NCBI RefSeq assembly: GCF_009914755.1
Contig: NC_060939.1
Strand: one strand, 5' to 3'
DNA: 64,000 nt
From: the human T2T-CHM13v2.0 reference genome, Homo sapiens
Position numbers and translations under genes: made by a program. The notes under the pieces are model-generated. The model ran no database searches and had not been told where the DNA came from. It worked only from the letters and a program-made list of their open reading frames with translations. Below are positions 43,890-59,476 of the stretch, one piece after another (position 1 is the stretch's first letter; every line of letters starts with the position of its first letter).

Positions 43890-44620
43890 TAGAGAAGGAC
43901 GCGCCTGCGATGCCAGCCTCAAGTCTTTGCCTTCCTGGAACTCTGCTCCAGGGTCGCACCTGCCCAAAGGAAGGCCTGGAGGCGGGGGCCAGGGCGATGG
44001 GGCTGGGCCAGGCGTGGAAAAAGAGGAGCTAGGAGCAGACAGGGTTGGACCAGAGGCGGGGCGGGGTGGGGAAAGGGTTGGTGGGGATCGGAGGCGGGGC
44101 TATGAATAGACCGGACTGGGCCAAAAGGAACAAGGCGAGGATTGGGCGGGGCCAGAGGGAAATAGGGGCGGGGCTAGGCGCCGGGAGCTTCCACATGCGT
44201 CCCGAGCCCGCCAGAAGCTGCTAGGCTGAGGCTGCTGTCCCGGCGGGAGCTGTGGCGCGGAGCGGCCCCGCTGCTGCGTCTGCCCTCGTTTTGTCTCACG
44301 ACTCACACTCAGTGCTGCATTCCCCAAGAGTTCGCGTTCCCCGCGCGGCGGTCGAGAGGCGGCTGCCCGCGGTCCCGCGCGGGCGCGGGGCGATGGCGGC
44401 GCGGGGGTCAGGGCCCCGCGCGCTCCGCCTGCTGCTCTTGGTCCAGCTGGTCGCGGGGCGCTGCGGTCTAGCGGGCGCGGCGGGCGGCGCGCAGAGAGGT
44501 AAGCCCGGGCTGCAGAGGGGCGGGGCGGGAGCTGGCCCGGACTCCACATCGCGGTGCCCAGGAAGCCGCCAGGCGACGGCCGCCGGAAAACCTGGTTGCG
44601 AGGGGAGGTGGGTTTTTTTC
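43890..44620 (+). promoter_or_regulatory. CHRNA5: CHRNA5 CpG-island, TATA-less promoter with multiple Sp1/GC boxes
   Basis: Repeated GGGCGGGG boxes (about 44055-44066, 44093-44100, 44144-44152, 44166-44174); CpG-rich through exon 1. Confidence 0.92.
44393..44498 (+). CDS. CHRNA5: CHRNA5 exon 1, coding part (signal peptide MAARGSGPRALRLLLLVQLVAGRCGLAGAAGGAQR)
   Basis: gcgATGG Kozak context; donor AGAG|gtaagc; 106 nt, phase 1. Confidence 0.96.
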
Positions 44621-45643
44621 TCCTGGGGGCTTGGAGTGAGGTTTCAGTTTAAATGTCCAGATTTGCTCATTTAAATGCAGAGAAAGGGCTACTTGGGTGG
44701 GTTTTCTTTGTTGTTCCACGACCTGCATCGCTGGAGACTACGAGGCTGGCTTAGCGTATACTTCCACACAACTTTTTCAGTAAAAGATGCCACTCTTGTC
44801 CAGCAGGGCTTTCCTGTCCTGGTGGCAGCCAAGCTTCCCATTTTGTTGCCCATTTACGGGATATAGAGACTCTGGGGTTCATTCTAGGGGTTGGGACTTA
44901 TCTTCCACCTCCTGCCCGCCGCCTCTTCCTCCATCCCTGTCCCCTACCCACCGCAGCATTTGAAAACCTTTCCTTTCGCCGGAGATGAAAGGTGTGTGTT
45001 GTAGCAGGCTAGGCGGCCAACTTCCCTGGCTTCGGGGCTAATCGTTTGCATCCAGAGTTCCTCACTAGCTCCTTAGAGCACAGCTTTTTTCAGCCTGCTG
45101 TTTTTCAAGAGGTTTTGGACAGGAATGGAAACAACAAAAGAAATCGCGTAGTCCTACATGTTTCAAGTGCTTGGGAAAGTTTTAGAGTCAGTTCTCTCAA
45201 TACCTTGAAGAAAAACACGTTTGTGGAGCAGCTATGGTGTGATCTAAACGTAGAAAAGCTAAGCATCCGTTAAGCAAGATATGATTACAGAAGTTCACTA
45301 CGTCTGTATTTCAGGTTTTATGAGTGAGTTTCTTAAATAGTGGAAATATTGCAAGAACCTTTTCTTGCCTTTCCTTTGTTAAGGTTTTTAATCTATGGCT
45401 CCTGATTTTAGGAAGTAATAAGACTAGAATAATTCATTGCAGGATGTATTGCTTAGTGTAGACCGAAGAGAAATAAGATGGAGGGTGATTTAAACAAATG
45501 AAGAAAATCCTGGGCAGAGAGAGTTAAACAGAAAGAAAGGAATGTGATTTTGGAGCCAGGCAAACCTGTATTCAAATTATGGCTCTGGTGCATCCTGACT
45601 GGACGAACTTCTCTCAGCTGTTTTCCTTCTTTAAGAAATGGCG

Positions 45644-46077
<434 letters not shown>

Positions 46078-47124
46078 TTAAAAATCTGTTTCATGTCTTT
46101 TAATATAGAACACTGTAGCCAAGCATTAAATAGTGTAAATAGCTATCTCCCTTCATGCATGGTGTTCAGTGTTATAACAAAGTGAAATCGATTAGTTCCT
46201 GCTTTCTGCCCCACTTAGTTAATATCTCTCTCATAATAACCATCTGGTTCTATTGCACTTCTGTTTCCTCCTGCTTCCACGTAAGCTCCTTAAGAACTGT
46301 GATTCTTGTTTATCTTTGTATCGCCAACACCTGCCTTAATGTAGGAGCCCAGTGAAGGTTTGCGGAAGGAAGGAGTGGAACAGTATTACCTCTCTGGATA
46401 TTAGTTTCTCCATCTGGATGGTGAGGGGCCATTAAAGGATCCCCCTTCCACCTTGAAAATTATAAGATTCTGTGTGCTCTTAGAAGTGATCATCTTGAAG
46501 AACAAAGTGATACTGAATGGATGATGTAATTGCACACTTGCTCTTAACTGTTAATATGCATTTGTGTACAACTGTCGTTGCATGTGGGTGGCTGAAAGTA
46601 CTGTCTGGAAATAGGAGACCTGCCACTCGCTGTCTGTGTTTCCTTGGACGTATTACTTGACCTTGCTGATTCTTTGTTTCTCTCTCTTTAAAATGAAAGG
46701 GCGGTAGTAGATGTTTTTAAGTCAACTTTAAGTTTTTTAAGTTCAAATATAATTACCTTTATTTTTACAATTTATTGTTTTCATATTCGTCTTAGGTTCT
46801 TAATAGTAACTTTTCCCTGTGGTTTTCTGTGAGCCAGTTCCCAGGTAAAGAGAATATCTAGTCAGCCCGCAGCTATTATTTGGCTGATGAACGGTCACAG
46901 AGCTGTGGAAAGTGGCTCAGGAGACAATTAAAGTATAATATATTAAAGTATAATGAACTAGTACATCAAGATAATACAAGCATTTTAAACTGACCTGTGA
47001 TTGGGACAGTGATTATGGAAGTTAGATAGTCATTAACTACCTAACTAGTTATATTTCTTACTATTTCTTAGCTATGTGACATTTTAAAGCCAATGGTTAT
47101 ATTTCTTAGCTGTGTGACATTTTA

Positions 47125-47500
47125 TTTTTTTAATTTTTTTTTTTAAATATTACTTTAAGTTCTGGGATACATGTGCAGAACCTGCAGGTTTGTTACATAG
47201 GTATACATGTGCCATGGTGGTTTGCTACACCTATCAACCTGTCATCTAGGTTTTAAGCCCCACATGCATTAGGTATTTGTCCTAATGCTCTCCCTCCCCT
47301 TGCCCCCAACCTCCCGACAGACCCTGATGTGTGATGTTCCCCTCCCTGTGTCCATGGATTCTCATTGTTCAACTCCCACTTATGAAAGAGAACATGCGGT
47401 GTTTGGTGTCTGTTCCTGTGTTAGTTTGCTGAGCATGATGGTTTCCAGCTTCATCCATGTCCCTGCAAAGGACATGAACTCATTCTTTTTTATGGCTGCA
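47125..47500 (-). mobile_element. 5'-truncated L1PA 3' end
   Basis: tactttaagttctgggatacatgtgcagaac...; TSD gct(g/a)tgtgacatttta. Confidence 0.9.
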
Positions 47501-48066
47501 CGCTATGTGACATTTTAAATGGCTGAACCTTAATTTTAATTACTATATGTAGTGGCTGAAAATGAAATAGGAAAATGAAATAATTCATAGAAAATGAGAG
47601 CTATGAAAGATTTTTTTCTTCTCATCTTTAGTCATTTTCATTAACATTTTCAGAAGCTAACAGAAATACACACATACTGACTGTCAGTTTTACTTTTGTT
47701 ATATATATGTCCTTACGTAAACTTTATACACAATTTAATTTGCAATTTAAAATTATTTTGATTTCCAAGAAATACTAAATATGTGAACTAGACTGAGCAG
47801 CTGGAGGGTAGGATTTCATTTGTCTGTGTATTTCCTGATACACTGCAGATATACCTGCATTTATTAATGTAGCCTATGGATTGAACTCTGAGCTTTTTTT
47901 CAACCTATAATCTACAAATGAGATCTAGCAAGTAATTTTTTATAATTAGGATATGAAGTTTTAGTTCAGTAATTTCAGTACAGAACTTTTTCTTCTAATA
48001 GCATTATTTTTCTTAAAGCATTGGAATTAAATTATCAGATGATAGTTTAAGTTCACTATTAAATAA

Positions 48067-48306
<240 letters not shown>

Positions 48307-49061
48307 TAGCCAGGATGGTCTCGATCTCCTGACCTCATGACCCGCCCGCCTCGGCGTCCCAAAGTGCTGGGATTACAGGTGTGAGCCACTGTGCCCGGCC
48401 TGGAATTGTTTTTGAAAGAAGTTTAGAATTTGTTTCTTTAAACATCTGTTCCACAGAACAGCATGGGTATAGTGTTTTTTTTGTTTTTGTTTTTGTTTTT
48501 TTTCTTGAGACAGAGTCTCACTCTGTCGCCCAGGCTGGAGTGCAGTGGCATGATCTTGTCTCACTGCAGCCTCTGCCTCTGGGTTCAAGTGATTCTCCTG
48601 CCTCAGCCTCCCAAGTAGCTGGGATTACAGGCATGTGCCACCATGCCTGGCTAATTTTTGTATTTTTAGTAGAGATGGGGTTTCTCCATTTTGGCCAGGC
48701 TGGTCTTGAAAACTCCTGACCTCAGGTGATCCGCCTGCCTCGGCCTCCCAAAGTGTTGGGATTACAGGCGTGAGCCACAGCGCCTGGCCTGGGTATAGTT
48801 TTATAATGACAATATGATAGAAAGGATTATTTAAAATCATCCTTTTCTGTTCTATGATGAAAAATGTTAATTTAGATGTTTTGTTCTCCTTTGAGGAAAC
48901 ATGATATTGTTTGTCCTACTGTTTATTTATTTATTATTTTTATTGAGGCAGAGTCTTGCTCTGTCACCTAGGCTGGAGTGCAGTGGCGTGATCTTGGCTC
49001 ACTGACACCTCTGGCTCCTGGGTCCAAATGATTCTCGTGCCTCAGCCTCCCAAGTAGCTGA

Positions 49062-49259
<198 letters not shown>

Positions 49260-49461
49260 TGACTTCATGCTCTTCTCTTCCAAAGTGTGATTATAAAATA
49301 TAGCCTTTTACCAGTAAAAATAGGAGTTAAATATGAATATTTGAATTCTGACAAAAAAGGTGATATGAACTTTTAGGTTTTATTTTTATCTGGTTTTATT
49401 TTCATTTTTATTTTACATTCAACTGTATGTATGGAATTAGGCAAAACTCTTTCCTCTAGGT

Positions 49462-49670
49462 CAGGATTTCTCAACCTCTGAAATTTTGTACTGGGTTATT
49501 CTTTGTTGTCAGAGGGGGGCGTCCTGTGCCTTGTAGGATGTTTAGCAGCATACTGGTCTCTAGCCATGAGATGCCAGTAGCACCCACTGAAAAATGTCTC
49601 CAGACATTGTCAGATGTGCCCTGGGGGCAAAATTGTTCTTCACATTTGCTACCCCTTGAGAACCACTTCT
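49462..49670 (+). mobile_element. MER20 (followed by a MER5A-like element to about 49840)
   Basis: caggatttctcaacct...aaaaatgtctccagacattg...ttgagaaccact. Confidence 0.8.
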
Positions 49671-51169
49671 CTAGGTCTTGTTGACCAGGGCTTCTGAAAC
49701 TTAGATGTACACAGGAATTCCCTCAGAACGCAGATGCTGATCCAGTAGGTCAGAAGCAGGGCCTGAGACTCTGCATTTCTAACAAGCTCCCAGGTGATGT
49801 GAATACTGTTGGTCAGTGTATCACAATTAAGTAGCAAGGTTGTAGAAAAGTCCACATTCATACCAACTGGGTGAACTCTCAAGGGAAGCCGATGAAAGTA
49901 ATTATGGAAATAGTGAATTTACAATGAATTGTAGCCCAAACAATGTAAGGCTAATAGAAGCTAAGAAAACAAGCATTATCCTGCTGTCCTAACAAAGCAG
50001 CTGTCTTCACTTTTCCATATTTTCTTCCAGTCCTTAGTATTCATTCATAACTCGACATCTCTAAGGGGGAAATTTGCAAGAGTCTTTTCAAGGTCATACA
50101 GGCAACCTCATGCACCATTAGGTGTTTTATTCCATAATATTGTAAATATACTAGCTCATAATACATATTTATAGCCTGTTGAGAGATTTATAGCCCCAAA
50201 TTAAGATAATGAACTCTGCATTTACTTGATCTGATGATGCTCTGCCTTTTTTTTTTTTTTTTTTGAAGTGTACAAGTTGTCTCGTCTCCTCGAGAACTAT
50301 TGACTGCACCTAAATTAATACCACCTAAGGTCATTCATTTTCTTACTGCGAGTGTTCTGAGAGTCAGGGTAAGATATTAAGTTTACTAAGGCATAGCAGT
50401 TACAGTGTAACTTTATCCTATAATTCTGTGATAAAAATCAATATAAAATATAATGAAAATCCTGGAGCGAAAAAAATCCCTCTATATTTTATCTGTAATA
50501 CTTAAAATAATGATTGGTAAGCATTCTTGTTTGTCACATTGAAAATGTTGGATATAATACACATTTTCCCTCGTTTACAAAATGGTTACGTTCACTGCTT
50601 TATCTTGCTGTTGCTTAAAATAGCCCTCCTAGGACTGCTGCAAAGAGGATTTTTTTTTCAAAAGAGTACAAGTCACTTTTTGCTAACTTATAAAAAGATG
50701 CAAGGAGACTTCAGGGGTAGATTAACTGCTCCAGGAATGCCTTGATTATGAATTGGGGAGGTATAATATACATCACTCTTCAAATCTTTTTAGATATATT
50801 ATCTTATTTCCTTCTTATGGCAGCCTGTGAAGAAGAAAAGGAAGATATTGGCAGCACCTAGCAAGATTTAAAATGTGCGCCCCCTTGACTCAGCAGTTTT
50901 ACTTCTGAGAATCATTGCTATAGAAATCTTTGCATCAGTATGGAAAAAGAGATTTGTTAATTACAGCATTTTTTCCCATTGTAACATTATTAGAAATAAC
51001 CAAAAACTGAAGACTATAAATGCCAATCAGTGGTGAAAACTTAAATAAAGTCTAATGCACTCATAATGATCACTTTGCAGCTTGTGAAGGAAGACTGGAG
51101 ATAGTTGGACATCTACTGGTATATAGTTTATATAGTTGTGTTTTTTATTTTTTATTTTATTTTTTTTGA

Positions 51170-51328
<159 letters not shown>

Positions 51329-51741
51329 TAGTAGAGACGGAGTTTCTCCATGTTGGTCATACTGGTCTCGAACTCCCGACCTCAAGTGATCCCCCACCTC
51401 AGCCTCCCAAAGTGCTGGGATTACAGGCGTGAACCACCACACCCGGCTGGTATATAGTATTGAATGAAAAAAAGTTGCAGAACTTAGAGGAAAACATGTT
51501 TCTGTGTGTGAGTGAACATGCGTGTAATTTAAAATATCTACACGTCAAACTTAATGGTTACCCTTGGAAGGAAGGCGAAGGAGAGGAGGAGGGAGAATTC
51601 TTACTCTTTATGAGCTTCTGGATTTGAATTTTGACAGTGACCACACATTCCTTTTGCAATTATAGCATCATTTTGAGAAAAAACAAAATAAATCTGGGTC
51701 CTAGTTCTACTTCTGCTGCTTATTAGCTACTAGTGTCACAA

Positions 51742-51950
51742 CAGTGGTTCGCAAGAAGGGTCAGTTTTGCTCCCCCTCACCAACATTTGGCAATGTCTGG
51801 AGACATGATTGGTTGTCATGTGGGGCGGTGGTATGTCTAGTGGGTAGAAGCCAGGGATGCCGCTAAACATACAGGGCACAGGACAGCCCTCCACAACAGG
51901 GAATTGTCCAGCCCAAAATGTCCGTAGTGCCAAGTTGAGAAATCCTGTGT
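51742..51950 (-). mobile_element. MER20
   Basis: cagtggttc...tttggcaatgtctggagaca...gtgccaagttgagaaatcctg. Confidence 0.8.
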
Positions 51951-52803
51951 TAGACTCCAGAGCTGCAGTGCTGTTGGAATATGCAGGTGATGCACTGTGC
52001 AGTGGCAGGGGCGCCATTCTCACTGTGGGGTGTACTTTGCATAGCCATAGAATTATAAGTATGATATAATAAGGTAAATAAATATGCAAGTTTTTACCCC
52101 AGGAAGACAGGCACCAGGTCTTCGTTTTCTGCTCTCCCTCTGGCACCTGGCACAGAGGTTGGCACAGTAAGCAGCTAGTTGGCATTTGTTGAATTAACGA
52201 ATTGAACAAGATATCACATTAGGCTCTAGTGTGGCCAAGTTGTAGCAGATGCTAAAGATTTAAGAATAATTTGTGGCAGAAACTTTAAATTATAGTTAAT
52301 GTCTGTTTTTATCTGCAGGTTGGCAAAAGACTGCTAATATCCACATTTAGTTGCTGAACATGTTGGTTGACTTTTTTCCAAATCATTACCTTTTGATAAG
52401 AAAATCATGATTCTTCATGGAAAAATGCCAGAGCAAAGCACTATCAAATGTTCCTAGAATTTTTTTTTTTTTTTTGAGACGGAGTTTCACTCTGTCACCC
52501 AGTCTGGAGTGCAGTGGCACAATCTCGGCTCACTGCAACCTCCACCTCCCAGGTTCAAGTGATTCTTCTTCTTCTGCCTCAGCCTCCTGAGTAGCTGGGA
52601 CTACAGGCGTGCACCACCACGCCTGGCTAATTTTTTTTTTTTTTTTTTTTTTTGTATTTTTAGTAGAGACAGGGTTTCACCATGTTGGCCAGGATGGTCT
52701 CAAACTCCTAACCTCGTGATCCGCCCACCTCGGCCTCCCAAAGTGCTGGGATTACAGGCGTGAGCCACCATGCCCGGCCTAGAATTGGTTTTTTAAATCC
52801 TCA

Positions 52804-53092
<289 letters not shown>

Positions 53093-53355
53093 CTATATTT
53101 AGTGAAGAAGATTTTTTTAAAAAAATCTTAAACTACCTAGACACTACCTAACATAGTAAGATAATGTACTTTATTTCATTTGATTCAGACGAGAGTGAAG
53201 CAGCTAAGCAGAGGTTCTCCTTTTTATTAATGTTTTTTAATGGAAAAATAATGTTCACAAGAATGGTCCAAAGTAATGAATCAAAAAGTCGTTGCCATAC
53301 CCATTTAACAATTATTGACATATTGCTAACAGATATCCTTATTTTATATAGGCTA

Positions 53356-53691
<336 letters not shown>

Positions 53692-54861
53692 TTAACAGCT
53701 TATTAGTGGTGCCAAGTATTCAAATTAAGGTTTTCAGCTTTGCAGTTCTGTGTCCTTTCCTTTTCACCATACTAAAACTAAGGAGCAAGGTTACATTTCT
53801 TTGAAAATCAATGTGGTTTCACCAAATGATTTGACTGTGATTTTTTTAAATGTCATTCTCCCAGTTCCTCAAACTTTAGGCAATGAATGATAGTAAGAGT
53901 TAAAATTGAATTTGTAAAACCAAAATGTAAATATATAAAAGTGTTAGTGACATTACTGTATACACATTTATACCTTTGTTAGGTATTCAACTTAGTTTTT
54001 CTCTTAGCAGCTGTACTTTTAACTACTTTAGAAGAATTATCCCATTTAATTTTTTTTTGTTCTTATCCTATTTTTAGTGTGCTTCACTGCTTGGTTTCCT
54101 TTGTTTTTCTGAGATATGTGGTTTATATGCTATTAGCAGGTTGTATTATAATTATTATTATTTGGTTTCAAGAAGAGACTTGAGGAAAGCTTTATAGTGA
54201 CCCATTATTGCACTGTGTTAAGAGTGCCCAATGCCACAAGCATATTCTTCCTTTGTATTTTTGCAAAGTTCCATTGCCTGGGACTGTCTGGAGACAGTCT
54301 TTGTTGGTCTATCAGTTACCATTACTTTAGCAATCATTTATGGAAGAATAAGAACGACCCTGTGCTGGCACTTATATCTACACTGTTAGCTAATCCTTAC
54401 AATGACCTCATAAGGGAGGTACTTTTTTAATACCTGTGTCACAGATGAAGAAAAATCATATCCAAAGTTGAGTAACTTATCTATCTTTTTGGTTATAGCC
54501 AATCCTATTAGGTGTGAAGTGCTGTTTCATTGTGGTATTGATTTGTGTTTTCCTGATGGCTAAAGGTGTTGAGCATCTTTTCATATGCTTACTGGCCTTT
54601 CTTTGGAGAAATGTCTAAGTTAATTTAGATCTCTTGCCCATTTAAAAATTGGATTATTGAATCTTTTTATTATTCATTTATAATAGTTCTTTATAGATTT
54701 TAGATACAAGTCCCCTATCAGATACATGATTTGCAAATATTTTCTCTGGGTTGTATATCCTTTTGATGTAAGGGATCTTTTGAAGTCAAGTTTTTTGTTT
54801 TGTTTGTTTGTTTTTGTTGTTGTTGTTGTTTTTGAGTTAGAGTCTCTCTCTGTCTCCCTGA

Positions 54862-54993
<132 letters not shown>

Positions 54994-56436
54994 TAGTAGA
55001 GACAGGGTTTCTCCATGTTGGCCAGGCTGGTCTCGAACTCCTGGCCTCAAGTGATCCATTTGCCTCGGCCTCCCAAAGTGCTGGGATTACAGGCGTGAGC
55101 CACCGCGCCTGGCCCAAGTCAACTATTTTTAAGACAAGGAAGGGAAGAAAAATTAAAATGTAATAATGTAATAAGTAAGGCCGGGCGTGGTGGATCTTGT
55201 AGCACTTTGGGAGATTAAGGTGGGAGGATTGCTTGAGCCCAAGAGTTCAAGACCAGCCTGAGCTACAAAAAGAGACCCTGTCTCTACAAAAAATAAATAA
55301 ATTAGCTGGGTGTGGTGGAACGCACCTGTAGTTCCAGCTCTGTGGGAGCTTGAGATAGGAGGGAGGCTGAGGTGGGAGGATTGCTTGAGTCCAGGAGTTC
55401 CAGGCTGCAGTGAGCCGTGATGGCGCCATTGCACTCCAGTCTGGGTGACAGGGCGAGACCCAGTCTCAAAAAAAAAAAAAACAAAAAAAGCAATTACTGT
55501 CATCAGCCTATATGTAGTGCTATAGAGATGCCAAAAAAGTGTTCATTTTGAATAGGATGAGCAAATATTAACTATTTAAAACAACTTCTAAAAAGAATTT
55601 TTCCATTTGATTCAGTTTATTTAGAATTTACCTTACATATAGTGTCAGTCTTTCCTACTGGATAGTAAATGTCGATGTTGTCTGTTTTGTTTACCAGTGT
55701 GTTCCCAGTGCCTGTCTGATAAATGTTTGTTAAATGAATGAATAAGTAAACATCAATGTGGGCTAGAGCTATCGGGGGTGTGGCATTCATTAAGTTAATC
55801 TAGAAAGTTGTCACAAGATGGAAGATGTTAGGGTGATGAGAGCATGAAGCCAAGGTGCCCCTCAGAGCCCTGCGGTTTATGAACTCTGTAGCAGCAACCC
55901 TTCTATTCATACGTATATCCTGATTTGTAAAATGAGGGGATGCATTGGATTGTCTCCTTTTTAACATGCTGAGGTTTGTGAACAGTGGAAACTTAAAACA
56001 TTTACAGCCAGCTAAAAAAGCATGACTGCTAAGAAGAATTTAAGTGCACTATCAAGGTTTTATGCTAAGATACCTTTGACATTTGCACTGGACACTGCTG
56101 TAAAGTGTCCTAAGAAAATGGTATTTCTAGTATGGGATGTATTACGAAGATATTCACAAAGCAGTATCTTGAAGATTCTCATTAGGTAGAATGTTGGGAT
56201 TACTATTTTATTTATACCCTGTCTACTTTCTTTCAAAGAAGATTTGAGATAGCGATTCAAGCTAGTTTTTCCCCCACTCAGGCAAAGGTTCCTTTAGATG
56301 CTATTGACAGACATTTTAGGCTGGGTGCGGTGACTCACACCTGTAATCTCAGCACTTTGGGAGGCAGAGGCTAGCAGATCGCTTGAGCTCAGGAGTTCAA
56401 GACCAGTCTGGGCAACATGGTGAAACCCCATCTCTA

Positions 56437-56592
<156 letters not shown>

Positions 56593-57031
56593 TCAAAAAA
56601 AAAAAAAAAAAGACATTTTATTTATTAATACTTTTATCTTTTAACCCTTAAATTTTTGGTATTTCAGGGACTATAGGAGGATTAGAAGAGGAGAAATGGT
56701 TCAATAATGCTATTTTAACTTGAAGCTCTAAAATTAATGGCTTTTAAACATTAAGAATGACTCTAGTGTATAATTTTCTAAATTAATCTAAATATCTTCA
56801 ATGCTGTGCATTTCAGCATAAGGTGACTTTTACAGGCGTCACCACACAAACTCCATAGTATTTGTAGATTAAACTAAGTATCTTAAACTAGTTACTGCCT
56901 GGCGCAGTGGCTCACGCCTGTAATCCCAGCACTTTGGGAGGCCGAGGCGGGTGGATCACCTAAGGTCAGGAGTTCAAGACCAGCCTGACCAGTAGGGTGA
57001 AACCCCATCTCTACTAAAAATACAAAAATTA

Positions 57032-57217
<186 letters not shown>

Positions 57218-57804
57218 CTAGTTATTCAGGGAAGCAGGACACAAACTCTTGAGGAGTAGGTTATTTATGAAAAAGAGAACCAGGAAATAGGTTTCCTCCA
57301 GCTAGAGTACCTGGATATTCTTTCATATCTCTGTATGGAAAACATGGTCTATCATCATAAAGAGAAGATTTTGTGAAAGTGCTAATTTCTCTCCAACCAT
57401 TTCTTTTAGGTTGGAGAAGAACAATCACTTGCTACTGTAATCCTTATGTGTATATTTGCTGATTAATAAGCCAGTGACATTTTTGTTTCAAGTAAAAGTG
57501 GTTTTTTCGTAATATCATTAGTCTTAAGTAAAAGTCATGCTTGAATTTTTATACATTTCACATTTCCTTAAGTGATCCCAGGCCAGACAACAGTGAAAAC
57601 TCATTTCTTCAGAGACGCTTATTTGAGCTCTGTAGTAGCATAAGCATAACTGTGATCCCCAAATCTAACCAGTCTTTGGCCATAGTATCCAAAACATTTT
57701 ATATTTTGACTTTTTTTTTTTTTTTTAACAACTTAGGTCCTTAAATAGATTTTTTTGAAGAAACAAGTTTCTTTTTAGTATATTTAATGGCACATGTTTC
57801 CTGA

Positions 57805-58157
<353 letters not shown>

Positions 58158-59476
58158 TAATCTGTCCGCCTCAGCTTCCCAAAGTGCTGGGATTACAGAC
58201 GTGAGCCACCGCCTATTTATTTTTTTTACTGATCTTGAAATAAACCTTTCTTGATTCTTTATCCTCAGTATCCCTATATCAGCATAACTTTTGGAAAGAG
58301 ATCATTCCTGTCTTTGCACTCTGTCTTAAACATACTGCAGTTCATCTCTCTTCTCTTCCCATAGATGGCTTTTGTTAGATTCACCATTGACCTCACTGTT
58401 GCTAATCCAACACTCAGTTCTCAGCTGCCTCTCCATGTCTCATGAGTAGCATCAGTAGATTGGGAGGCTCAACCCTTCTTGCTGCATTTTCTTCATTTAG
58501 CTTCCAGGACAGCATGCTATCTGCTATCTTCGAGTTCTTCCTTCCTTATTCCCTAAAAAGCAGTTTTATACAAATGTATAGTTTTATACAAATATAGTAG
58601 CAAAGTATGTCAAAGCTAAATCAATCATTCAATATTTATATATTTTCATATTAAGATTATGACAGGCCAGGCACAGTGGCTCACAGCTGTGATCCCAGCA
58701 CTATGGGAGGCTGAGGCGGGCAGATTGCTGAAGGTCAGAAGTTCAAGACCAGTCTGGCCAACATGGTGGAACCCCGTCTCTACTAAAAATACAAAAATTA
58801 GCCAGGCGTGGTGGTGGATACCTGTAGTCTCAGCTACTCGGGAGGCTGAGGTGGAGAATTGCTTGAATCCCAGTGGCAGAGGTTGCAATGAGCCGAGATT
58901 GCACCACTGCACTTCCAGCCTGGGAGACCAGGCAGGACTCCGTCTCAAAAAAAAAAAAAAAAAAAAAAAGATTATGCAAATTAAAGCAATTTTAACATTT
59001 ATAATTGATAAATGAGCTTTGCTTTAGTATATCTGTTTTCTAGGTTTGGAATTTCAAGATAACTCCTGCCACCCTGGCAATTTAAAAGCTTTTATTATTT
59101 AGATTTGAAACTATTCTGTATTGAGTACTGAGTGTTTCTTAAGGAGCTCAGCATATTCCATAGTCAGTCTGATTTAACTGAGACATATCTGAACCAGAGT
59201 GTCCCTTATTCTATCAGAAATACTTACATTAATATTTCATTTTAAAAGCTGCATTAATAATAGCCTAAATTGTAGTTTGGTTCATTAATAATCTGAACTT
59301 TTTTTTTCCTTTTTTTTTTTGAGACAGAGTCTCTCTCCATGGCCCAGGTTGGAGTGCAGTGGCCCGATCTTGGCTCACTGCAACCTTTGCCTCCTGGGTT
59401 TGAACTTTTGTTTGAAAGTACAGGTATCTGGTGGGAGAGAAGCGAGTACATTAACTTTTAAAAATTTGTTATACAG

